The notes under the pieces were generated by a model. The model saw only the letters and a program-made list of their open reading frames with translations, ran no database searches and was not told the DNA's origin. A program made the position numbers and the translations under genes. A stretch of DNA of 32,000 nucleotides, from contig NZ_JAGIOS010000002.1 in NCBI RefSeq assembly GCF_017876815.1, positions 1,050,001 to 1,082,000 of the forward strand, read 5' to 3'. The DNA comes from Sinorhizobium meliloti. GTDB lineage: Bacteria > Pseudomonadota > Alphaproteobacteria > Rhizobiales > Rhizobiaceae. Positions 7,878 through 15,842 of the stretch are shown piece after piece (the stretch's first letter is position 1; every line of letters begins with the position of its first letter).

Positions 7878-8456
7878 TCACTCCTTCAGATGCGGTTCGC
7901 CGAGCGTGTGCATCAGGCGGTTCGCCCAGCCGAAGATCGCGATCGAATGGATCAGATCGAGGATCTCCAGGTCGTCGAGCCCGATCTCGCGCAGGTGGTA
8001 GAACTGGTAGACGCCAACATTGTCCGGGTGCGCCGTCAGATCGACGCCGAAATTGAAGAGTGCCTGCTCGAAATCCGGCAGGTCGGCGTCGAGGCCGCGC
8101 CTGTAGATTTCGTCCACCACCTCCGGCCGCTTTTCCAGCTGGATGTAGCGGTTGGCATGCACCGAGGCGCAGTAAATGCAGCGGTTGACGAAGGAAGCCG
8201 CCAGCGCGCCGATTTCGCGCCCGCCGCGCGAGAGCCCGCCTTCGCTATACATGATGTCGTTGAAGAGCGGCGTACGTTCGGCGAGCATCTCGGCTTCGTT
8301 GGCCAGAACCAGGACATAGTTCGAAACCTTGGTATTCGAGGGCGTCACTTTCAGCGCTTCGAGCTGCTCCGGCGTTGCCTCGTCGAGCTTTACGGGCTTG
8401 ACATAGGGCTGCCAGTCGAGCGGCTCCAGGGTGAATTCGTGTACGGTTTCCGACAT
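7878..8456 (-). CDS. AhpD-like alkylhydroperoxidase / carboxymuconolactone decarboxylase (CMD) domain protein (the 'peroxidase-related enzyme' type)
   Basis: 192-aa ORF carrying the AhpD signature C-x-x-C-x3-H in RCIYCASVH. It is paired with a second CMD protein, 1 nt after that gene's stop. Confidence 0.85.
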   Translation of the reverse strand: MSETVHEFTLEPLDWQPYVKPVKLDEATPEQLEALKVTPSNTKVSNYVLVLANEAEMLAERTPLFNDIMYSEGGLSRGGREIGALAASFVNRCIYCASVHANRYIQLEKRPEVVDEIYRRGLDADLPDFEQALFNFGVDLTAHPDNVGVYQFYHLREIGLDDLEILDLIHSIAIFGWANRLMHTLGEPHLKE

Positions 8457-8457
8457 G

Positions 8458-8961
8458 TCAGTTGTCCCTCAGCATCTTGAGGCCGGCCACGACCAGCACC
8501 TGATAGTTCACGAAGGCGATGAGACCCGCGAGCGTTACGATATCGCGGTCGTCGAAACCGACGGAATAGAGCGCTTCGATATTCGCGCGCGTCGCTTCCT
8601 TCGGCTTGAGCGTCACCAGATCGACATGCGCAAGCATCGTTGCGAGCCGCTTGTCGCCCTCGGGCCTGAAGGCCGGATCGGCGATCGATCGGAGCTCGGG
8701 TTTCGATCCCTTCTCCTCGAGCTGCGCCTTGTAATGGGCCTGGAGCTCTGTCGCTTTCCAGAGGCCGGTGATGCGCGCCGCGAGAGCCGCCCTCATGGCG
8801 TAGGAAAAATTACCCGGCTCGGCGGGATGGAGCGCGGCGTCATGGCTGGTCTGCGTGAAATGCTTGAGCTTGGCGCGCCGCTCGCGCAATGCGAGGACGG
8901 GCGAGGACGAATCCAGCCCGAGGACGGCGTCGATCACATCGGTTTTCGGGGGAACGGTCAT
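8458..8961 (-). CDS. CMD-domain protein, the cysteine-free partner of the downstream AhpD-like gene
   Basis: 167-aa helical ORF with a CMD-like C-terminal half (IVTLAGLIAFVNYQ). It resembles the two-gene CMD pair described from Agrobacterium vitis-type loci (from memory). The sequence contains no Cys. Confidence 0.75.
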   Translation of the reverse strand: MTVPPKTDVIDAVLGLDSSSPVLALRERRAKLKHFTQTSHDAALHPAEPGNFSYAMRAALAARITGLWKATELQAHYKAQLEEKGSKPELRSIADPAFRPEGDKRLATMLAHVDLVTLKPKEATRANIEALYSVGFDDRDIVTLAGLIAFVNYQVLVVAGLKMLRDN

Positions 8962-8992
8962 CGTAATCCTTCAGCTTGGGCAGGAGTTCAAA

Positions 8993-10459
8993 TCAAGCGG
9001 TTCTGTGCGCGGGTTCCGGGGCGTCGGCGTCCGTCCACTCCGAGCCGTCGAGTTCCGGCTTTTCGTAGGCGAGCAGCGCTTCCCAGTGGTAATCGACGTC
9101 TCGGATGAAGAGCGAGGCGGCGATCCCGCGCGCAAGCCAGAGCGCGCCCTCGCTGATCGCCGGAATGTCGCCGCTCACCTTGCCGATACTGATCGAGGCG
9201 CCGTAGTTGAAGCAGTGGATGTCCTTGAGCCATGGCGCGGTGCCGGGCTCCTTCTCGGTGAAGGAGAAATCGTCATCGAGCCAGGGGAAGCGGCCGAGGC
9301 CGGCATTCTCTTCGCCGACCGGCGGCGTGTAGCGGTCGTCCCAGCAGGCGATCCTGTCCTGATAGGGCGCGAGCTCGTCGCGGCTGAGCGGATCGACCGT
9401 GAAGCCGGTTCCGAGGATGACGAAGTCGGTCCTGAAGATGCGGCCCTTCTTGGTGGTGATCACGACTTCCCCGCCTTCCTCGCGCATCGAGCCGATGGCG
9501 CAGTCGAAGTGGAAGAAGGCGTTGGGATGGCGGCTGACGCGCAGCGTCGAATTGTGCGGGGCCGGCGTCTGCTGCTTGACGGAATAGTCCATGATCCGCC
9601 AGCGCCATTCCGCGTCGATCCTGGCGAACCCGGCAGTCACCCCGTAGGAGCCGATGCCCATCAGCTTGTTGACGGTCGGCATCTCCTTGCGGCGCGCGAG
9701 CAGGCGGACCTCGCCCGCGTCGGACTCCAGCGCCTCGGCCGCATTGTCGACAGCGGATGCGCCGACGCCGATGACGACGACGCGCTTTGCCTTGAGTGCC
9801 TCGAAATCGATGTCGTCGGCGGAGTGGGCCCAGGACGTGTGGCGCTTCATGCCCTTGACGAAATCCGGAACGACCGGCTCGCCCAGGCCTTCGCGGCCGG
9901 TGGCCAGAACCAGCTTGCGCGTGACGATGGAAGACTTGCTGCCGCCGGCGATTTCCAGCTCCAGGAGGCCATCCTCGCGAGGGCGGACGCGGGTGACATG
10001 CGTGTCGTTCTCGACGGGAATGGACAGGACCTCGCGGTACCACTTCAGGTAATCCATCCACATCGGGCGGGGAATGCGGAACAGCGTTTCCCACGCCGCC
10101 TCGCCGAAGCAAGCGGTGTACCAGGCGCGGAAGGTGAGCGAGGCCATGCCCAGCGCCGGGCCCAGCAGGTTCTTCGGCGAGCGCAGGGTTTCCATGCGGG
10201 CAAAGGTGACCCAGGGACCCTCCTGCCCTTTGGGGGCACGGTCGACGATGCGCAGATTGGCGATGCCCGCCCGGGTCAGGGCAAGCCAGGCGACCATGCC
10301 GCACATGCCGCCGCCGATGATGACGACGTCGCTCACCGGCTGTCCGTCAGCCGTCGTGACCGGCTTCGACCAGTTGGCGGCCGGGTAATTGAGATAGTCC
10401 AGGTCCTGTTTGACCCTCGCATTCAGTTCCGCGAGCCGCCCATGCTGTTCATTCGTCAT
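8993..10459 (-). CDS. FAD/NAD(P)-binding oxidoreductase with two dinucleotide-binding motifs, flavin-monooxygenase-like
   Basis: 488-aa ORF. VVIIGGGMCGMVAW is a GxGxxG FAD motif, VVVIGVGASAVDNA is a second Rossmann motif, and LVLATGREG is an ATG-type motif. Confidence 0.8.
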   Translation of the reverse strand: MTNEQHGRLAELNARVKQDLDYLNYPAANWSKPVTTADGQPVSDVVIIGGGMCGMVAWLALTRAGIANLRIVDRAPKGQEGPWVTFARMETLRSPKNLLGPALGMASLTFRAWYTACFGEAAWETLFRIPRPMWMDYLKWYREVLSIPVENDTHVTRVRPREDGLLELEIAGGSKSSIVTRKLVLATGREGLGEPVVPDFVKGMKRHTSWAHSADDIDFEALKAKRVVVIGVGASAVDNAAEALESDAGEVRLLARRKEMPTVNKLMGIGSYGVTAGFARIDAEWRWRIMDYSVKQQTPAPHNSTLRVSRHPNAFFHFDCAIGSMREEGGEVVITTKKGRIFRTDFVILGTGFTVDPLSRDELAPYQDRIACWDDRYTPPVGEENAGLGRFPWLDDDFSFTEKEPGTAPWLKDIHCFNYGASISIGKVSGDIPAISEGALWLARGIAASLFIRDVDYHWEALLAYEKPELDGSEWTDADAPEPAHRTA

Positions 10460-10540
10460 AATAGCGTTTGCTCCTGAAATCCGCTTTCGGGACCGCCGCT
10501 GCCGGCGGCCCCTGAAATGACCGCGCCAAATTCAGGCGCG

Positions 10541-11611
10541 TCAGTCGGCCAGAACGACCGCGTCGCGCTCGCGCCAGCCCACCCACACCTCGTCCCTCTC
10601 CAGGTGCGAAAGCGCTACCGGGTCGAGCTGCAAAGCCAGCTCCGCGCCATTTTCGAGTTCGATCGTGAGGGAGGTGTGCGCACCCTTGAAGACGCGCTGG
10701 ACGATGCGCCCCCTCAGTGCGAACCGGTCCTTCGGCTGTTCCGCCATGCAGTAGAGCGCCTCGGGACGAAGCGCGACGGTCGCGCCGCTGCCGGCTGGCA
10801 GCTTCGTCCCGTTGAGGTCGGCGTGGATGATGCTTCCGTTCCAGTCGATGGCCGCGGTCGTTCCATCGTGGGAAAGCAGCTTGCCTTCGAGGAAGTTGCT
10901 CTGGCCGATGAAGTTGGCGACGAAGCGGCTGCGCGGGCGGGAATAGAGCTCGTTCGGGCCGCCCATCTGCTCGATCCTGCCTTTGTTCATCACCACGATG
11001 ACGTCGGACATGGTCAGCGCCTCCTCCTGATCGTGGGTGACGAAGATGAAGGTCTTGCCGGTGGTCCGCTGGATGGTTTTCAGTTCGATCTGCATCTGCT
11101 GGCGCAGCTTGGCGTCGAGCGCCGAAAGGGGCTCGTCGAGCAGAAGCACGTTCGGATCGGGGGCGAGCGCGCGCATCAGCGCGACGCGCTGACGCTGGCC
11201 GCCCGAAAGCTGGTCGGGCATGCGGTCGGCGAAATCCTGGAGCTTGACGAGAGCCAGCAGTTCCATGGTCCGCTTGTGGATCGCGTCCGAAGACAGCCCT
11301 TTCAACTCCAGTCCGAAGGCGATGTTGCGGCCGACGTTGAGGTGCGGAAAGAGCGCATAGTCCTGGAAGACGATGTTGACGTTGCGTCTGTTCGGCGGCA
11401 GATGGGTGATCGGCTTGCCTTCCAGATAGATCTCCCCCGACGAGGGCTGTTCGAAGCCGCCGAGCATCCTGAGCGTCGTAGACTTGCCGCAGCCGGAGGG
11501 GCCGAGCAGCGTCACGAATTGTCCGGATTCTACGGCGAGGTCCAGGTCATCGACCGCAGGCAATCCGCCGTAATATTTGTTGACGTTTTTGAAGTGGACC
11601 ACAGGCTGCAT
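10541..11611 (-). CDS. ABC transporter ATP-binding protein, PotA (spermidine/putrescine) type
   Basis: 356-aa ORF with Walker A GPSGCGKST, signature LSGGQRQR, Walker B LLLDEPLSALD and a C-terminal TOBE-like domain. Confidence 0.95.
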   Translation of the reverse strand: MQPVVHFKNVNKYYGGLPAVDDLDLAVESGQFVTLLGPSGCGKSTTLRMLGGFEQPSSGEIYLEGKPITHLPPNRRNVNIVFQDYALFPHLNVGRNIAFGLELKGLSSDAIHKRTMELLALVKLQDFADRMPDQLSGGQRQRVALMRALAPDPNVLLLDEPLSALDAKLRQQMQIELKTIQRTTGKTFIFVTHDQEEALTMSDVIVVMNKGRIEQMGGPNELYSRPRSRFVANFIGQSNFLEGKLLSHDGTTAAIDWNGSIIHADLNGTKLPAGSGATVALRPEALYCMAEQPKDRFALRGRIVQRVFKGAHTSLTIELENGAELALQLDPVALSHLERDEVWVGWRERDAVVLAD

Positions 11612-11614
11612 GCG

Positions 11615-12406
11615 TCAGTTCCTTGAACGGCGGGTGAGGTGCTCGGCGTAAACGCCGACAGCGGCTGTCACGACCAGCACGATCGTCGCCATGGCGTTGA
11701 TTTCCGGCGACATGCCGCCCTGCACCTTCGCGAAGATCAGCATCGGGAGCGTGGGCTTGTAGCCGCCGAGGAAGAAGGTGCGGACGAAGTCGTCGATACT
11801 GGTGAGTACGCAGAAGATCATGCCGCCGAGGAGTGCCGGCATCAGGTACGGGATCGTGACCCTGAGGAAGGCCACGAACCGATCGGCGCCGAGATCGCGA
11901 GCCGCGTCGACCAGATTGGCCGGCATGGAGCGTAGGCGCGTGAGCACCATGATCACCACGAAGGGCACCGCATGGACTGCATGCGACAGGATGATCGCCG
12001 CCGTGCCGGTCGGGATGTCGACGGTGCGGATGAAGATCCGCATGGAGATTGCGTTGATGAGGCCCGGAACGACTGCCGGCAGGCAGGCGAGTGCGAAGAT
12101 GATCGCCTTGCCCCAGATGCCTTCGGTCGAGACCAGAAGCGCAATCCAGACGCCTATGACCGTCGCCGCCGCGGTGGTCGCGAGCGCGATCCCGATCGAA
12201 TAGAGCGAGGCTTCGATGAACTGCTTGTCGTTGAGCACCTGGGCATACCAGTTGAGCGTCCAGTCCGTGATCGGAAAGGCGACGAAGCTCGCATCCTTGA
12301 AGCTCATGGCCGTCATCAGCGCCAGCGGCAACAGGAGATAGACCGCAAACAGCCAGTAGGCGGCACCGAGGGCGGTTTTCGGTAGGTCGGCGAAGTATGG
12401 TCGCAT
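11615..12406 (-). CDS. ABC transporter permease (PotC-like)
   Basis: 263-aa ORF with 6 TM segments, the EAA-type loop DAARDLGADRFVAFLRVTIP and an AGGAGG Shine-Dalgarno sequence upstream. Confidence 0.9.
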   Translation of the reverse strand: MRPYFADLPKTALGAAYWLFAVYLLLPLALMTAMSFKDASFVAFPITDWTLNWYAQVLNDKQFIEASLYSIGIALATTAAATVIGVWIALLVSTEGIWGKAIIFALACLPAVVPGLINAISMRIFIRTVDIPTGTAAIILSHAVHAVPFVVIMVLTRLRSMPANLVDAARDLGADRFVAFLRVTIPYLMPALLGGMIFCVLTSIDDFVRTFFLGGYKPTLPMLIFAKVQGGMSPEINAMATIVLVVTAAVGVYAEHLTRRSRN

Positions 12407-12416
12407 CGTGGCCTCC

Positions 12417-13400
12417 TTACATCAGCCGGACGGAACGGCCGCCGATCACCCGCATGAACAGGCCGACGGTCGAAAGCGAAACCGCGAGCAGCAGCATGGC
12501 GAAGGCAGCACCCTCGGGCCATTTGTCGTTCGAGGAGTGGAAGAGCGTCGCGATCACTTCGGGGAAGATGACCGTATTCGGACCGCCGAGCAGGAGCGGC
12601 GCCGCGAAGACCCCGACGGAGGTGAGATATACGAGGCTGCAGCCGGAGACGATGCCGTCCTTCGACAAGGGCAGGATCACGCGGCGGAAGCGCTGGAACG
12701 GGCCGGCGCCGAGGTCGGCCGCCGCATGAATGAGCGGTGTCGGTATCTTCTCGATGGCCGAATAGAGCGGCAGCAACATGTAGAGCGCCAGCAGATAGAT
12801 GACGCCGAAGCTCAGCGAGAACGACGTGTAGAGCATCGGGATCGGCCGATCGATGAAGCCGAGTTCGCGCAGCGCCACGTTGACCGCGCCGCGATTGGCG
12901 AGAAGCATGATGACCGAAAAGGTGCGGATCAGTTCTCCCGCCCAGAAGGGGATGAGCAGGAGCAGCAACGCGCGCATGCGGTTCTTCGGCTGAACGATCT
13001 TCGCAACGTAGTAGGCGACCGGATAAACGATCACCAGGGTCGAGATCGTGACGACTGCCGCGAAGATGAGGCTGCGGATGAAGGGCATGAAATAGAGCTG
13101 GTCGGAGAAGAACAGTTCGTAGTTGGCCAGCGTGTAGGGGGAGCCTCCGTCCGGTGCCTGCGGATAGTCCGCCATGAAGCTGATCCGCCCCATCTGGAAG
13201 ATCGGCCCGATGTGCAGCGCCGCGATCCAGAAGAGAGGGACGCCGGCAAGCAGCGCCAGCCGGGCACGGCGGCTGTCCGCAAGGCGTCCGATGGTGTGAC
13301 GATAGAGACCCGAACCGACGGCCTTGCCGATCCATCCGGCATAACGGGGCACCCGTCGAGAACCGGCGGATCGGGCTTGCATTGTGGTCGTATCTACCAT
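12417..13400 (-). CDS. ABC transporter permease (PotB-like)
   Basis: 327-aa ORF with TM segments and the loop AAADLGAGPFQRFRRVILP. The start is uncertain; 13382 is an alternative. Confidence 0.88.
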   Translation of the reverse strand: MVDTTTMQARSAGSRRVPRYAGWIGKAVGSGLYRHTIGRLADSRRARLALLAGVPLFWIAALHIGPIFQMGRISFMADYPQAPDGGSPYTLANYELFFSDQLYFMPFIRSLIFAAVVTISTLVIVYPVAYYVAKIVQPKNRMRALLLLLIPFWAGELIRTFSVIMLLANRGAVNVALRELGFIDRPIPMLYTSFSLSFGVIYLLALYMLLPLYSAIEKIPTPLIHAAADLGAGPFQRFRRVILPLSKDGIVSGCSLVYLTSVGVFAAPLLLGGPNTVIFPEVIATLFHSSNDKWPEGAAFAMLLLAVSLSTVGLFMRVIGGRSVRLM

Positions 13401-13434
13401 TGTCGTCGTTCCAGGCTCAGGAAATGCTCTTTCT

Positions 13435-13462
13435 CACGGCCGGTCCCAAGGGACCGGCCGTG
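13435..13462 (-). promoter_or_regulatory. Intercistronic GC-rich stem-loop just downstream of the binding-protein gene
   Basis: CACGGCCGGTCCC-AA-GGGACCGGCCGTG has perfect 13-nt arms. It lies 23 nt after the SBP stop, with no T-tract. Confidence 0.6.
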
Positions 13463-13484
13463 TCCGATGGGCCTCGGCGATCGA

Positions 13485-14585
13485 TCAGGCGGCCTTGATC
13501 TCGGCGACTGCCTTGTCGACCATCTCGTTTTTCATGTCGCGGTTGACGGAGCTGAAGAACTGGATGCGCTCGGTCTGTTCCTGCGGCAGGGTCATTGCCG
13601 CACGCTCCTTGTCGTTCAGCACCTTGTCCACGCCGTCGAATGCGGAGGCGAAGCCCGACTGGCGGCTCATCGCAGCGCCGATTTCCGGAGACGAGAGGAT
13701 AGCGTCGAGGAAGGTATAGGCCGCATCCGTATTCGGGCCATTCTTCACCACGTTGAAGGAGTAGAGGAAACCATAGGTCCCCTCCTTCGGAACCGATATT
13801 TCGATCGGATGTCCGTCCATGATCAGCTTCGCCGCGGGGCCGGACCAGCTATGGGCGACATAGATGTCCTCGTTGACGAACATCTGCTGAACCTCGGAGC
13901 CGGCGTCGTAGTATTTGCGAACCATGTCCTTGTTCTGGATCAGGTAGTCGCGCGCCTTGTTGGTTGCGGCCTGCGCCTCCTCCGGCTTGCCTTCATAGGT
14001 GACGAAGTCGCCGTCATTGCCCTGATAGCGCATGGTGATCTGGAGGAAGTCGGAAATGATGTAGGACGTCAGGCCCTTGTATTCCTGATCGAACATGATG
14101 GCCCAGCTGTCGGAGGCCTTGGTATAATCCGTGTTGCGGGCGAGGCCCTCGAAGCCCGCCAAAAGCGGCACCCCGTAGACTGAACCGTCGACGGTAAGCT
14201 GCGGCGCGCCCTTGTAAGCTGAGGCAAGCTTGTCCCAGTTCTTCAGCCTGCCGGTGTCGAGCGGCGTGAGCAGCTTGGAGCCGATGAACTGCGACAGACG
14301 ATGGCCGGTGACCGTGACGATGTCCGTCGAGGGCGTCTCGCCTTCGGCGGACAGCACGTTGTACTGCTTGCCCTGGTCGTCGGTCAGGCGAATGCGCACT
14401 TCAATGCCCGTATCTTTCTGAAACTGGTCGATAAAGGACTGCGGAACGAACTTGTCATAGGTGGTGATGTTCACGACCTTGGACTGGGAAAATGCCGGGC
14501 GAATGATTGCCGGCGCTGCCAGGACGCCCGTGCCGGCGGCCAGAAATTTCAGCGTGGAGCGGCGGGTTGCGGTGAAGTCTTTCAT
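13485..14585 (-). CDS. Periplasmic solute-binding protein, PotD/PotF (polyamine/opine-type) family, with a Tat-like signal peptide
   Basis: 366-aa ORF with an AGAGGAG Shine-Dalgarno sequence. The N-terminus is TATRRSTLKFLAAGTGVLAAPAIIRPAFSQ, and the SBP family 1 architecture sits next to PotABC-like genes. Confidence 0.9.
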   Translation of the reverse strand: MKDFTATRRSTLKFLAAGTGVLAAPAIIRPAFSQSKVVNITTYDKFVPQSFIDQFQKDTGIEVRIRLTDDQGKQYNVLSAEGETPSTDIVTVTGHRLSQFIGSKLLTPLDTGRLKNWDKLASAYKGAPQLTVDGSVYGVPLLAGFEGLARNTDYTKASDSWAIMFDQEYKGLTSYIISDFLQITMRYQGNDGDFVTYEGKPEEAQAATNKARDYLIQNKDMVRKYYDAGSEVQQMFVNEDIYVAHSWSGPAAKLIMDGHPIEISVPKEGTYGFLYSFNVVKNGPNTDAAYTFLDAILSSPEIGAAMSRQSGFASAFDGVDKVLNDKERAAMTLPQEQTERIQFFSSVNRDMKNEMVDKAVAEIKAA

Positions 14586-14662
14586 GTCATTCTCCTCTTT
14601 TGGTTCTAAGTTTCGTTGTTATGCAGTGGACTTTCTTGGCATTTGGCAGAGCGGTTCGCGCG

Positions 14663-15631
14663 CTAGCGTGCGTCGGCCTGGTCTCCTCCCAAGGTCATTT
14701 CAGCGGCGCGATTGGCGTTGCGCGGGTCGTGAGCGGTAAATCCCGGGATGCAGGCGGAAGCGATCTGGATGATCGCCTGGATCAGTTCGCGTGAGCTGTC
14801 TGACAACGGACGCGCGGCGGCCGAAAAGATCGCCCACGGGAAGGGAATGTCGACGTCGAGCGGGCGAACCGCGACATTGGCCAGCTTCAAGCCGTAGGCT
14901 GTCGCAGGCTCGACGATTGCGACGCCGAGCCCCGTCGATGCGATCTGTACCGCATTGACCGAAACGCTGGTCGCGATGATCCTGGCCGGGCGGATATTCG
15001 CGGCTTCCAACGCTATGTCCACGCGGCGGCGCAGGCGGAACGGATTGGCCATCGTGATGATGTTGCGTCCGGCAAGATCGGCGATCGAAATCACTTCGCA
15101 GGCGGCAAGAGGATCATCTTCCGCCACGGCGGCAACGCAAGGTCCCTGAAACACCCCGTGCACTTCCAGTCCCGGCTGGTCGGCCGGCAGAGACGTGACG
15201 CAGAAATCTGCCGTGCGGGCCAACACCGATTGCACCGCCGCCTCTGCCGGCAGGCTGCGCAGATGGATTTTTCGCGGCAGCAGCTTTTCCGGCAACGCCG
15301 CGAGCGCCAAGGGGATGATGCCGCTGGCGAAAGCCGGGATCGCTACGATCTCGATCGGCTGGGGCTCCTTTTCCGCGATCGTCCTTGCCCGCTCCCGCAA
15401 ATGGCCGATGCCGCTCAGGAACCGCTCGGCTTCCGCATGGAATGCGATCCCCTTTTCGCTCGGTGCGATCTTCGGACCGTTGCGGTCGAAGAGCGCGAAG
15501 CCGACGGAAATTTCCAGGTCCTGGATGAGGCGCGTGACCTGGGACTGGGAGCGATCGAGCAGCCGGGCGGCGGCGGTGATGCTGCCGGTGGACATCACCG
15601 CAAGAAAGGCCTCGAGTTCCCGTATCTCCAT
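14663..15631 (-). CDS. LysR family transcriptional regulator
   Basis: MEIRELEAFLAVMSTGSITAAARLLDRSQSQVTRLIQDLE is a canonical LTTR HTH. An alternative ATG 3 codons upstream at 15640 is the one used in the ORF track. Confidence 0.9.
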   Translation of the reverse strand: MEIRELEAFLAVMSTGSITAAARLLDRSQSQVTRLIQDLEISVGFALFDRNGPKIAPSEKGIAFHAEAERFLSGIGHLRERARTIAEKEPQPIEIVAIPAFASGIIPLALAALPEKLLPRKIHLRSLPAEAAVQSVLARTADFCVTSLPADQPGLEVHGVFQGPCVAAVAEDDPLAACEVISIADLAGRNIITMANPFRLRRRVDIALEAANIRPARIIATSVSVNAVQIASTGLGVAIVEPATAYGLKLANVAVRPLDVDIPFPWAIFSAAARPLSDSSRELIQAIIQIASACIPGFTAHDPRNANRAAEMTLGGDQADAR

Positions 15632-15842
15632 GACGATCATGCGCCCAGTGCATTATAGCTGCCTCATACTGCATAAAACGTATCTTAAGCGCCAGTGACA
15701 AAGGACAATTTTTCTTTTCGGTGCTATCCAGTGAAAAATCTGCGGTTCCCCGGCTGAATGCTTTCGCGAAGAGCGGCGTTGGGCGACCTTGCGGGCAAGG
15801 CGGCAAACACGACGCCATATGAGAAAGGAAGACAGAACCACG

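Noticed and set aside
8855-10477. 540-aa plus-strand ORF opposite the flavoprotein gene; also 10517-11626 (+) opposite the ABC ATPase and 12408-14183 (+) opposite the permease and SBP genes
   Set aside because: These are shadow ORFs of minus-strand genes that carry Walker, Rossmann or permease motifs. None has recognisable motifs or a Shine-Dalgarno sequence of its own.
14637-14650. TTGGCATTTGGCAG, reminiscent of a sigma-54 -24/-12 element, upstream of the ABC operon
   Set aside because: The spacing between the GG and GC elements is wrong for TGGCAC-N5-TTGCA. The motif is also on the plus strand, whereas the downstream operon is on the minus strand.
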